A program made the position numbers and the translations under genes. Positions 1 to 11,191 of a stretch of DNA of 64,000 nt are shown in pieces. Every line of letters starts with the position of its first letter. The stretch's first letter is position 1. Source of the DNA: Rebecca billardiae RCC1528 (Eukaryota > Protista > Haptophyta); assembly GCA_965240325.2 (NCBI GenBank), contig OZ251229.1, positions 2,542,001 through 2,606,000 on the forward strand, read 5' to 3'. The notes under the pieces are model-generated. The model saw nothing but the letters and a program-made list of their open reading frames with translations. It made no database searches and had not been told where the DNA came from.

Positions 1-7
1 CCCCGAC

Positions 8-3000
8 ATGCTCGCGCTCGGCGACATGAAGCTCTGGTGGCGCGAGGCGCTCGTGTGCGGCGGCGCGGTGTCGGGCGTGGGCGCGCTCTGGTGGCTCGGC
101 GTGCCGGTGCACTGGCCGGCCATGCCCCTCGTCTTCCTCGTCCGGCTGTGGCTGCGGCTGACCGCGCTCCTGCACTGGGCGCTCGCCGCGCTGGCGTGCG
201 GCGCGTGCGGCGGCGTGATGGCGTGGCTGCTCGCGCCGGCGTGGCACCTCGTGTGCTGGGTGTGCACGCCGGTGTGGTACGTGCTCGGCTGGGCCGCCTA
301 CCTCCTGTGCGTCCTCGCCGTGCCCGTCCTGCCGCTCGGCGCCGCGTCCTGCGCTTACGTGCTCCGCTCGTTGGTGTGGGGCCGGCGCAAGGTGATCGAT
401 GCGCTCCACGGCGACGAGGACGCGCTGGTCGAGCTGGCCGAGGGGCTGATCAACGACTGCACGTGGGCGTGGGGCTGCGTCAACGTGAGCGTGCGCGTCC
501 AGCCCGCCGTGCTCAAGCCCGCCCGCCTCGCCGCGGCCGCGTGCGTGCTGCGCGTGCAGCGACACGGGGGCCTCGCGGCGGCGTACCGCGCTGACCCGAG
601 CTTCTTCCCGCTGCAGGGCGTGCTGCGCGACGGCGAGCTGCCGGCGGACTGGTGGCACTCGGACGAGGTCCACGCGCGGCGCGTCCGCCTCGGCACGCTG
701 CGCCCCCTCGACCGCGAGTGGGAGGGGTGGCTCGGACGGCTGAGGCGCGAGATCCCTCTCTCGACGCTCGAGGTGCTGGACGGCGCGTCCGAGGAGCTTC
801 GGCCGCTGCTCGAGAAGTTCATGGGCTGGGCGCTGCTCTTCGTGGCCGCGCGGAACGGCAGCGTGCGCGCGCAGCTCGCCTTCGCGCGCGCGATGATCGC
901 GTGCGACTGCGACCGCGAGGCGGGCAACCACGGGCACGCGCTTGCGTTCGCTCGCGCGGCCGCGGAGCGCGCGGCCGAGCCGGCCGCGCGCTCGGAGGCG
1001 TTCGCTCTGATCGGCACGCTGCTGTACCGCGGGCTGGGCCGCGTGCAGATGTGCACGGAGGAGGGCGCGCTCCGCGCCTTCCGCGTCGCGCTCGACGACG
1101 ACGAGCCGCTCGCGCTCTGGTGGCTCGGCTGCCTGGCGGTCTGCGGCGAGCTCGGCGTGCGCACGCACCAGCCGATCGGCGTGGCCCTCATCACGCGCGC
1201 GGCGCGCGTGCACGGCGTTGCGGGCGCGTGGTTCTCGCTCTCGAGCTGCGTGGCGCAGGGCGTGGACCGCGGGGGCGCGCGCGGCCGCACGCTCCGCGCG
1301 TGGGCGTGCTACCTGCGCGGGCTGCGCTTCTTCGAGACGCATTACCGCCGCTGCCTCCTGTTCACGCGCAACAGTAGCCGGCTGCGCGCGCGCTGGCCGA
1401 GCGGGCCGCTGCGCGAGGCAGGGTGCTGGGAGGGGCGGCACTACGCCGCGCTGCTGCGCGAGGACCCGTGCGCGTACGCCGGGCAGTCGGCTTCGGCGAT
1501 CAACCTCGTGCTCCCGCCGCAGCTGGCGCACGGCGGCGCGCGCGCGCCCGACAGCGGCGAGGGCACGGTGTTGCGAGCGCTGGCAGAGCGTCTACACCCG
1601 ACGCTGTCGGCGGCTGCGAGCGACTGCGAGCGCCAAGTGCTCGACGAGCTCTGGCCGCTCCTCGCCCTGCACCCGCCCCTGCCCGCGCCTCGTGCCGCCA
1701 GCAGCCGCGCCGCGCCCGGGGGCCAAAGCCGAGCGGGCGGCACCGCCGAGCGCGCGCGTCGCATCCAGCGGGGCGCGCAGCTCACGGAGGCGGCAGCGGC
1801 GGTCGGGGCGGCGCGCGCCACAGCGGTTGCGACGACGGCCGCGCCGAGCGAGCCGAGCGCGGCGGTGGCGGCGGGGGGCGACGGGGAGACGATGCGCGTC
1901 GGCGATTCGGACGCGGCGCGCCAGCAGCTGGGCCTCGCCTACCAGGCCGCCGCCGCGGTGTGGCTGGAGCAGTTCACCGCCGCGAATGGCCTCGAGCACA
2001 CGCCTCTGGCCCAGCGGCTGCGCGCGCAGCGGAGCGCGGCCGAGCGGGCTGCGGCCGAGGCGAGCGCGGCCGAGCGGGCCGCGGCCGAGCGCGCGCAGGA
2101 CGACGAGCGGGCTGCGGCCGAGCGCCGAGATCGCCCGATCCCAGTCTCGGCCCCGACGCGCGCGGGCGAGGCCGTTGGGCAGCTCGGTGCGCAGGGCGAT
2201 GAGCCCAGCCCGGCGCAGCCCGGCGCACGTGGCAGTGAGTCGGCGCAGCCGCGCGCTCGTGCGCGCGGCAACTCGGTCGACGGCTCGCGCACGGCGGCGG
2301 CGGCGGCGGCAGAGGGGAGCCCGGGAGATGCGGTGGAGGTGCCGGCGGTGGCCGCGGCGCCCGCGCGGCCGGCGCGGCGGCAAGCGCGCGGCCGGCACGC
2401 GCAGGGCGCGACAGCAGCCGCCAGCGCCGCTTCGCAGGGGCCGGCTGCGCGCGCGGGGCAGGCGTCCGTGCCTGCCGCTGCCGCCGCGGCCGAGGCGCGC
2501 TCGGCGTGCGGCGCGGCCGCGGACGCCGTGGCCCCTGCCTCGGCGTCATCGCCCGCACCGCCCGCTGCCGCGCCCATCCCCGCGGCCGCCGCGCCCGCGG
2601 CCGCCGCGCCCGGGAGCGCCGCCGCGGCCTGGGCGGACCAAGCCGCCATTGCCGCTTGGTGGAGCGAGATGGCCACGCGCGCTCAAGCGGAGGTTGGGCG
2701 TGGGCCGCGGGCGACGGCGCGCAATGACGCCGCGGCCGCCGCCGCCGTGCGCGGCGGAGACGACGGGCGGTCGAGCGGAGAGACACCGCGCAGGGGCCTG
2801 GTGCCTACTACTGGCGCTGGCGAGGAGGCTCCGGCAGTCCCCGCCGCCGCCGCGGCTGGGCCCACAGCTGCCGCCGCGCCGACGGCCGCCATGACCGCGG
2901 AGACGCTACCACTGAGCCCGCCTCTGCCACCTCCGCGCACGACGACCGACCTCGCCGGCCCTGCGCCGTCCGTCGCAGCCGCCGCGCGCACCGCCTTCGC

Positions 3001-3283
3001 TGCGAGCGCTCGCAGCCTGCCGCCCGCTCCTGCTGCCACCCCCGTCGCAGCCGCCGCTGGGCCCGCCGGACCCGCCGCCGCCGCGCCGGCTGCGCCGCGC
3101 GCGCAGCAGCGTGCGTGCACGCACTGCGGCGCTGTCAACGTCCGGCTGAAGCGCTGTGCGGGCTGCGAAGTGGCGCGCTTCTGCGGGCGCGAGTGCATGG
3201 TCGCGGGCTGGCCGGCGCACAAGGCCGAGTGCGAGCGGGTCCGAGGCATGCGACGGAGCGGAGCAGCAGGCGCAGCGTCATGA
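8..3283 (+). CDS. Membrane-anchored protein with degenerate SEL1-like repeats, an Ala/Pro low-complexity linker and a C-terminal MYND zinc finger
   Basis: Hydrophobic N-terminal segments; SEL1-like '[26 protein letters not shown]'; MYND motif [33 protein letters not shown] near the stop. Confidence 0.75.
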   Translation: MLALGDMKLWWREALVCGGAVSGVGALWWLGVPVHWPAMPLVFLVRLWLRLTALLHWALAALACGACGGVMAWLLAPAWHLVCWVCTPVWYVLGWAAYLLCVLAVPVLPLGAASCAYVLRSLVWGRRKVIDALHGDEDALVELAEGLINDCTWAWGCVNVSVRVQPAVLKPARLAAAACVLRVQRHGGLAAAYRADPSFFPLQGVLRDGELPADWWHSDEVHARRVRLGTLRPLDREWEGWLGRLRREIPLSTLEVLDGASEELRPLLEKFMGWALLFVAARNGSVRAQLAFARAMIACDCDREAGNHGHALAFARAAAERAAEPAARSEAFALIGTLLYRGLGRVQMCTEEGALRAFRVALDDDEPLALWWLGCLAVCGELGVRTHQPIGVALITRAARVHGVAGAWFSLSSCVAQGVDRGGARGRTLRAWACYLRGLRFFETHYRRCLLFTRNSSRLRARWPSGPLREAGCWEGRHYAALLREDPCAYAGQSASAINLVLPPQLAHGGARAPDSGEGTVLRALAERLHPTLSAAASDCERQVLDELWPLLALHPPLPAPRAASSRAAPGGQSRAGGTAERARRIQRGAQLTEAAAAVGAARATAVATTAAPSEPSAAVAAGGDGETMRVGDSDAARQQLGLAYQAAAAVWLEQFTAANGLEHTPLAQRLRAQRSAAERAAAEASAAERAAAERAQDDERAAAERRDRPIPVSAPTRAGEAVGQLGAQGDEPSPAQPGARGSESAQPRARARGNSVDGSRTAAAAAAEGSPGDAVEVPAVAAAPARPARRQARGRHAQGATAAASAASQGPAARAGQASVPAAAAAAEARSACGAAADAVAPASASSPAPPAAAPIPAAAAPAAAAPGSAAAAWADQAAIAAWWSEMATRAQAEVGRGPRATARNDAAAAAAVRGGDDGRSSGETPRRGLVPTTGAGEEAPAVPAAAAAGPTAAAAPTAAMTAETLPLSPPLPPPRTTTDLAGPAPSVAAAARTAFAASARSLPPAPAATPVAAAAGPAGPAAAAPAAPRAQQRACTHCGAVNVRLKRCAGCEVARFCGRECMVAGWPAHKAECERVRGMRRSGAAGAAS

Positions 3284-3392
3284 GTGGCCGACTGGCTGTA
3301 ACAGCACGATGCGCGCAGCAGCAGCCAGCAGTACGCGTAGTATCTAATGGTCGTCTACGACAGACTGCTGATGAATATTTATGGCAGCTAGA

Positions 3393-3602
<210 letters not shown>

Positions 3603-4065
3603 GCAGCAGAGCCGATTCATCCGATGACACTCTGACGACTGGCCAGTGAGTCATGAGTGACAGCACTTCCCGCGAGCCGATCAGTCACCGAGCACTCGGA
3701 GCATGCACTGGCTCGGACCGATCGTCGTGATGATCGATGCTGACGACAGCACATATATATAGGGGCGGGGCTTGCGGCCGGCGCGCGGCGACGCGTACTA
3801 CGACCTCATCGTCATCCAGGCGCCCACGTGGGCGCACGGGGGCGACAGCCGCGGCTGCCGTCTGCCGCATTGCTGCTCGCCGCTAGGTGCCCGCGGGCGC
3901 GGCGTTGTGCATGATATTACTCGTCCGCACTGTCAGTACTCAAGTATTATAATTGCCGGATGTCATAGTATCAATGACAGCAGCGGTGTCTAAGCGCAGT
4001 TGACTCAGTGACAGCGTCCGAGCTGACTTGATGACAGTATTAGCTCTGCTGTAGTAGCTGCTAGA

Positions 4066-5858
4066 TAGGGGGTCCAGGCCCTCAGCCTAGCGGTTGGGGA
4101 TATTCGACAGGCCTGCCATGTAGGTGTCTGTCGAGGCTGTCGCCTGTTGAAGTGCCCTCTAGTATGCCCCCCAGCCCAGCCCAGCCGTCAGAAGCACTCA
4201 AAACCGACTCCGCGTGCCGTCGCGCCGTCGTGCGGGCGCGCTGCCGGCCACTTAGTGTCACATAGAGATTCAGCGAAGTGGTACCCACCCGTGATGGCGG
4301 CTAGATGACGGAATGCGGTCGGTAGTACTTATTGACAACCGTTGCCACTCAGTCGAATGAATTTATGATGCAGCGACTGCATATTTGGCGCACCATGCTG
4401 GGCGCGTAGAAATTCAGGAGAAACAGCAGCAAGATCGAGCATGTTACCCATTTAAATACAGGTAGGTACCCGTAAATATGAGCATGTGTGTACCCGTACA
4501 TACTAACGGTCGATGCGAGTCCATATGTATTCAAATCAATGTCTATATATGTGGGTACGTTCGAATACGGGCGCCGGAGATGAATATGCGGGCTCGGTCG
4601 CAACACTCGACTCAGCCGGCACCGGCGCCGCGTCGCCAGTCGTCCTACCCCAGCCCATGAGCCCATGCGAGGCCACCACCGGTCTACGATTACCGCGGCT
4701 GCAGCGCCCAGCCACCGAGGCGGCCTCCGGCTCCGGCTCGGCGAGCTGCTCGGCGGCGAGCTTCGCGCTCTCTGACTCTGCTGCCACGCCCGCCGTGCTC
4801 ACCGCCTTGACCATAGTGCGGTCCGCGCGCTGCTCCGCTGTGATCGCCGCCAGATCCTCACGCCGCGCCTTGGCCTCGGATGTGCCTGCGCGGCTGTTGG
4901 CGGCCGTGATGGCGCCGGCGGGCTCGGCGTCGCGCGCCTGCTCCGCGGTGAGCGTGACGTCCGTGCGCGTTCTTTGCTTCGCACATCCGTGCTGCAGCCC
5001 CACTATCCAGGCGTGCGCCTCGGCCGTGCACAGAGAACAGGCAGGGCCAAGGAAGCGGCCACTCGAGGCGGAACGCGAGAGATTCAAACCAGTAGTGCAC
5101 CACCTTCTTGTTCAACAGGCCATCCTTGCCGAGCTGGGTCCATCCTGAGCGCCGTGGCGTTCTCGTGTGCCTTGAGTTGTTGCCAGAGCGCGCGGACATC
5201 GCCCAGCGAGAGGAGGTTGATGCGCTCGCGCAGCCGGCACCGGTAAGAAACTAGCGGCAGGCATCGTGATGATTACATTCAGCGTCTCGGCGTCGGAGAG
5301 AGGCGGCACACGCGACGGCGCGCGCTCGCCAACGCCTGCATGAGTGAATGCGGCAGTGGAAAGCATGCGTGCGGGAGTACCGCGGGGCCATCAGGGGGGC
5401 AGGTACGTGCGCAGGAACGCTACACATGGAAGGAGTATGTGTTGGGGACCGCGTATGCGCACCGTATGCGTGCGCGGCGCGCGCGCATCACCTGCAAGGG
5501 GAGCACCCTCCTCCATCTCGAGCGCATGAGCCAGCTTGAACGCACTGGCACGCGTGCAACCTCGCGGTTTCAATGTCCGACGCCGGCGACCGATATGTCC
5601 GGGGACTTCATGGTGGTCACGTAGACTCGCTCGATCGGGCGCTCTCGACGCTCGTACGCGCTCTGTCGCGCCGAGGCGACGGTGGTGGTGACCGTCCAGT
5701 CGTGCATCTCCGTCGCCGCCAGCCCACTGAACAGCCCGACCCGGCAGCTCGCCGCGTACGCTCGCGGCGCTCGAATTTATGGCGAAACTCGCGCTCACTC
5801 CACTTGAAAACCCGTCGAGGCATTTTTTCGATTTTATTTTGGTGTGCTGGACCCCCTA
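4066..5858. mobile_element. Non-autonomous or degenerate hAT-like DNA transposon (~1.8 kb)
   Basis: Perfect 12-bp TIR TAGGGGGTCCAG (4066-4077) / CTGGACCCCCTA (5847-5858), flanked on both sides by TGCTAGA (4059-4065, 5859-5865); only broken ORFs inside. Confidence 0.75.
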
Positions 5859-5907
5859 TGCTAGACTTAGAGTATCGTTGTCGCCGTAGTGACGTCATGC
5901 CGCCCGC

Positions 5908-7668
5908 TCATGGGCTCAGCCATTGCCACACCGAACGCAGCCCACCGAGCACGTCGTTGAGCAACACATGTGCCACACCAACCGCGCAATCGTTCACGCC
6001 GTACGAGAAGAGCAGGCGGGACGAATTACCTCCGCCGTCGTCGCTTTGACGACGGTGATGCTCGTCACTCTGCACCGGCTCCATGCCCAAGATGAATTGG
6101 ATGCCATCGCAGTCCTGCCGCTCAGCAGAGCCCGCTGCTGAGCCGAGCGCAGGGAAGCACCACTCGGGGCCGAGACGGCGGATGGCGAAGGGCGGCTGCG
6201 CGTCGAGGGTCAGCATGATTTGGGTGTAGTGGTGGCCGAATTTGAAGACCGGAGCGTCAAGCTGTGCGCGCGCCAAGTGGGGCAGTTCCGCACGATCATC
6301 CACCGATGAGCTCGGCGTCACCGCCGGCTTCTTGCCGCCCACGTGCACGTGCACCGCCAGCAGCAGCTCGTTACTCTGCGTGAGGAAGAGGGGGCCAGCT
6401 GAGAGGTGCATCCGAGGGACCACCGATCGCATGCCAGCATGCGTCTGCATCAGCGATGCCCACGCACCGGCCTCGCGAGCGGCCGCAGCCGTGGCGTTGC
6501 TGCTGGCCTTGCCACTAGCCCAGCCACCCTCCACGCCTGCCTGCGCAGGCTGCACGCCCATCTCGAGCCTGGCCAACGGCAAGACGCGGCTGGGCGGCAC
6601 GTCGGCCGCGCTGAACCTGCGGAAGCAGAGGGGGCACTCGTTGGGCCTGGCGCTCTCCAGGCTGGCGTTCACCATCACAACAGCCGGCGCAGGCCCCTGT
6701 CGCAGAGGACTCCAGCCCGGGGGGTCCAAGCTCCACAGCACATGCAGCCTCTCCTTGTACCAGAAGGGCAGCAGGTTGCGGTCCCGCAGGCCTGGCCGCA
6801 CACCAAGCGCACGGCCTTGTGCGTTCCTCGCTGCAAAGATGTATCCGCCGTGGGTCTCAATGAGCAGCTGCGCGCGCAGCGCACATGCGCCCGTGCCACG
6901 CGCTCCGCGCACACATTCGAGCAACAGCGGCCCCACTGCGTACTTGTTGGCCTCCTCGCGCGGATGGCAGAGGCAGGACGCCCACAGGCCACCCTTGCCG
7001 CCCAGACAGGTACCCACACCCACCTCGCACGGCTCGCGGAGGAAGCGGCAGTCCGAGAGCGACGAGGGGCAGGACGTGACCCGCACCAGCACGCCGCGCG
7101 CAACCTGGTTGAATGCGCCGTCCAGGAGCGCAACCCCGAGCGTCTTGTCGAAGCTCTCCTCGTTCGTGCCGTCGGCGGGCGTGTAGTCCGCGCCCTCGCG
7201 GACGTGCTGCTGGGTGTCCCTGGGATTGATCGCGGAAGCAGCACACTGATGGTACCTCCTGCAGAAGAGCATCACGTAGCGCGCGTCACGGACGCCCAGG
7301 TGTCGAATCTCGCGCGGACGGAGCCTGGCCACCGGTGCGTTATGCTGAACCATCGGCGACGAGCCAGCGGGTGGCTGCGGCAAGTGCGGACCGCGGAGTG
7401 TCGGCATCACGCGTGGCGCGGTACTGCCGCAGCCACCGGACGCATTTCCCGAGGCATCGTCACAGAGCCTGGCCAGCTTGGGTGTCACCTCGCCGTCTGC
7501 CAGCGCCGGGACGCCAAACATGGCTTGAGGTCTCCAGTCGTACCGAAGGCGTGCCGTTGGCGAGGCCATTCGTGCGAGGGTCCCACAGTCCTTCATGAGG
7601 GTGAGCGCCAGCGCCAGCAGCAGAAAGCGTCGGCGACGCGCCACATCACCAGAGCAACGAGGCGGCAT
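5908..7668 (-). CDS. Type II membrane protein with a probable five-bladed beta-propeller glyco-enzyme domain (GT91/GH130-like)
   Basis: Likely start MPPRC, then RRRRFLLLALALTLMK anchor; DRNLLPF..LHVLWSLDP (EKNWxPF-like), PPFAIRRLGPEWCF, IQFILGM, LLFSYGVNDC; intronless. Confidence 0.5.
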   Translation of the reverse strand: MPPRCSGDVARRRRFLLLALALTLMKDCGTLARMASPTARLRYDWRPQAMFGVPALADGEVTPKLARLCDDASGNASGGCGSTAPRVMPTLRGPHLPQPPAGSSPMVQHNAPVARLRPREIRHLGVRDARYVMLFCRRYHQCAASAINPRDTQQHVREGADYTPADGTNEESFDKTLGVALLDGAFNQVARGVLVRVTSCPSSLSDCRFLREPCEVGVGTCLGGKGGLWASCLCHPREEANKYAVGPLLLECVRGARGTGACALRAQLLIETHGGYIFAARNAQGRALGVRPGLRDRNLLPFWYKERLHVLWSLDPPGWSPLRQGPAPAVVMVNASLESARPNECPLCFRRFSAADVPPSRVLPLARLEMGVQPAQAGVEGGWASGKASSNATAAAAREAGAWASLMQTHAGMRSVVPRMHLSAGPLFLTQSNELLLAVHVHVGGKKPAVTPSSSVDDRAELPHLARAQLDAPVFKFGHHYTQIMLTLDAQPPFAIRRLGPEWCFPALGSAAGSAERQDCDGIQFILGMEPVQSDEHHRRQSDDGGGNSSRLLFSYGVNDCAVGVAHVLLNDVLGGLRSVWQWLSP

Positions 7669-7954
7669 GATGCCGATGGACGAAGCGCGCCGGCGCGTGC
7701 GCTGACTACCGAGGAGTCCAGGGGGAGGTGCAACCCCGTCGCTCAGCCTTGGCACCACGGCCCTTGCTCCCCCGGCCACGGCCCTCGCCCGGCGGCGTTC
7801 GCGTGCCCTCAGCAATCGTGAGGGCGATGGCGATTTGACGACCGTGACGACGACGACGCTCACGCTTCGTCGCTTCCCGCGTACTATCATACTAGTACTG
7901 TAGAGTATATACCTGTCGTAAATAAAACTTAGTAGAAGTATGATACAGTAAAAT

Positions 7955-7995
7955 GCCTGAGCTGTGCGTCTCTTACGTATTCTTAGTGAACTGTA
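7955..7995. mobile_element. Solo right-end TIR of the TA|CAGTTTACT MITE family
   Basis: gcctgagctgtgcgtctctta..ttcttagtgaactgta matches the copies at 8231-8277 and 24688-24741. Confidence 0.7.
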
Positions 7996-8002
7996 CTACT
8001 GG

Positions 8003-8277
8003 TACAGTTTACTGAGAATAATAAAAGAGACGCACACAGTGCTTACGCCATGTATCAAGATCACGCGTGAACCAAAGGAATCAAGGGGTGAACCAATTAT
8101 TTTTACGTGTGCACGTTCGGGCAAAGCGGCTCCCAACAAGCTTAATTTAAAGCTCGCTCTCGATCGTGGAGTTCCGGCGGCGCTACCATCGGCGACGGCT
8201 TCATGGGCGGTGACAGTTGGCGGGCGTCAATCTCGCCTGCCTGAGCTGTGTGCGTCTCTTATTCTTAGTAAACTGTA
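8003..8277. mobile_element. Tc1/mariner-like MITE (~275 bp)
   Basis: Left TA|CAGTTTACTGAGAATA..AAGAGACGCACACAG; right CTGTGTGCGTCTCTTATTCTTAGTAAACTG|TA; TA flanks and a CAGT start are typical of Tc1/mariner. Confidence 0.75.
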
Positions 8278-8344
8278 CAGTTTACTATGTTTTAATTAAC
8301 GTGCAGTAGTGGGTGACCGCCCACACGTGAGTAATCGGGAGTGC

Positions 8345-9171
8345 ATGTCAACGGCCATCAACGCGCGCGCCGATGCGGCGACGCAGGCGCTCGACCTTGG
8401 CGGACTCGAGCGCCGGCTGGTTCGTCATGGACACTTCACGGTGGCGGAGGCGCCCGTCGCCATCGCCGCGTACCGTCAGTTCCTCGCGCTCAAGGTTTCG
8501 CTCGACGCTCGGCTGCTCTCGCCGCCGCTCGCAGTCCACACGGTGTGGCACGAGCACATCCTGGATACGCGCGGGTACGCCGAGGCGTGCGCGCGCGTAC
8601 TGGACAAGGTCTCAGCGATGATCCACTACGACGCCGACGCCGACCTCGACGCCGACCTCCGCCGCGCGCGCGTTGAGAAGACCCGCCGTGTCCCCATCCA
8701 TCACACCATCTATCATGTGATGGATGGTGTGATGGATGGGGACACTGTGGCGTCGCAGCAGATGAAAGATGGGGACACTCTCGACATGATTTTGGCGCTC
8801 GAGGACGTCTCGCCGCCCGCGGAGCCTGCCGAGCCGGACGTCCCCAGCGCTGAGCGCGTTGAGCAGGCCGTCCCCAACCCTGTCGTACTCCTTGATACTC
8901 ACCCCGCGGATGGGGAGGCGATCGTGATCAAGGTGCGGGATCAGGCCAAGCATGAAATGGCCTTCCAGATCCGTACCACCACGCCGCTGAAGACGCCCAT
9001 GGATTTCTACTGCGAGAGTCGGAGCCTCCAGAGGGATGAGGTCCGCTTCATATACTGCGGGGAACGTTTGCATGCGATCGATGAGTACTGTACCCGATCA
9101 CGGCGGCAGCGCTGCAGATGGACGATGGGGACATTATCGACATGATGATGTTGGCGCATTGTGGTTGCTGA
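8345..9171 (+). pseudogene. GRDP-like (PxxxVxxxWHxHILDT) domain + SUMO-like domain gene, frameshifted
   Basis: LLSPPLAVHTVWHEHILDTRGY; SUMO-like IKVRDQ..MAFQIRTTTPL..YC..VRFIYCGERL continues in another frame as PITAAALQMDDGDIIDMMMLAHCGC* (stop 9169-9171). Confidence 0.7.
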
Positions 9172-9808
9172 GCCGTGCGTGACCGAGCAGCGAGCTCGGC
9201 CTCACCAGAGCTGTACAGTACTACGCGTAGCTTAGTACGTCGTATATGCCGAGTACGGTTGAATGATTCGTGCCGCTCGCCCCGTCGCCACCGGTGGCGT
9301 CGCCGCTCCGAGGACAGAGCCAGAGGCGGCCCAGGGGGGGGGCGGTGTCGCCGCCGTTCGGTTGATCGGGCTGATGTACATAGTTAGTCAGCAGGCGCCG
9401 TGCAGCGCGGGGCTCCGGTCCGAATTAGCGTAGTAGTTCAGTTATGCAAGCGAGACCGCGCAGGTCTGCGTTGGTACCAGGCCGGTAGTAACTATTAACT
9501 AAGCGGTAACTGAAGAATTTAGTAGCAGCTGTAAGCGCAGAGAGCCGTGCGGTGGTCCGAGCTCGCAGACCGCCCGAGCGGCGACCTGGCCGACCTGCGG
9601 CCCGCGCGCTGAGTCCGCCTGACCTCCGCGGACCTGCCGTCGGCTTCAATATATATATGATGAATCCCGTTAAGAAATAGAAGAGATGACTATGCTGCGC
9701 GCGGCCGCGCGCGCACGATCGATCGCGCCGCGCGGCGAGCAGACACGCGTCAGAGTGCGCCGCACCCGCGCGACGCACGGGCGCGAGGCGAGCGCGTATC
9801 TCAAACGA

Positions 9809-9980
9809 TGAAGCGTGCGGGTTGACGCGACAGCGGCGAGAGCAAGAAGCCATTGCATGAGGGGCGACGCGGCGAGGACAGATGACGTCGTCGCTGAAGC
9901 GTGCGGGTCGACGCGACAGCGGCGAGAGCAAGAGGCCATTGCATGAGGGGCGACGCGGCGAGGACAGATGACGTCGTCGC
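9809..9980. repeat. 86-bp direct tandem duplication (2 copies, 2 mismatches)
   Basis: tgaagcgtgcggg..gatgacgtcgtcgc at 9809-9894 and 9895-9980. Confidence 0.9.
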
Positions 9981-11191
9981 GCCGCCGACGATCAGGCGGG
10001 GAGCCGGGCCACACAGACAGCCAGCGACCTTACCGAGCAGAGGGGCTGCGGCGACTGCGGTGCACCTCCTGCAGCGGAGCGTGCACCCGGCAGTGCCCGT
10101 GATGCAGGCGATCCCCCTGCCCAGCTCGGCGCCTTCGTCGTGGGCAGCCCGATGTCGCCCGAAGAGCGAGACCTGATGGCCACGATGGGCGGTAATCAAC
10201 CGAGTCCTGCGGGTGCGCCGCTGTGTGCCGGATTGGCAGCGCACCAGGACAGTCCTGCGCGCGGCGGTGCGCGCGGCCGACCGCAACGCAGGAATGCCAT
10301 GCTAGCCGGATTCTTGGCGTCGCTCATAGACACTCAGTTATAGGTTCCCTATAACGCCACGTATGTATATGTATATGTATGTATACATATATATATATAT
10401 ATATATGCATGAATATCGGTATCACTCATGACTCAATGATGCGTTATAGGCTACTTACTTGACCCTGGTTTGACGAAGCCTATGTAACCGTTATGCGTCC
10501 GACTCCGACGGCGACTGACTCAACACGGTGAGTCAAACTGATCAGCGGATAAACGATTTATTTTTGAAAGCGCACTGGCACCCGCTTAGCTCCTATGAGT
10601 ATGACTGCTGTCTGAATCTGGGTCTGCTTCTCAGCTCGCAGCTGACTCTCGCCCTCGGGCTCACACTCACAGGCAGGAGCCAGGAGGCTGGAGGGCGAGG
10701 CCCGCGGCCGGGCCCACGGGTCAGGGTGGCCGTGGCCACGGGGTCCTGGCGAACGGGCCGAGGGTCGGGCAGCGCCGCCCGTAATCGACAATCCGATCAT
10801 GATAAGACTACAGTATGAGTATCACTACACGTGCCAGTGCCCGACTGAATAGTGAATTAGACTGACGATGCGCAGACTGAGTGAGACTGATGTAGATTGT
10901 ATAGAGTGATCATTCACTCACTGTATGACGATTGACGCCGACGGCGCAGGTCCACTCCTCGTCTCGCTTGGTGGCTCGATCATCCGCGGACTCCGGTCGA
11001 TTTCGATCGAACAGTAGGCGACCAAGTCCGGACCCGAGTCTTCTCAAATACGTAAGCGACCAACGGTCCGGCACCCGCCGAGCAGCGGCGCTATTTATTT
11101 ATCGTCCGTGCTCCAGTGCGCCGTGCAGCTGCACCGGTGCACCCGCCGAGCGAGCGCGCAAGTTGCCCGCCGTCGCGAGGGCGCGCACGCC

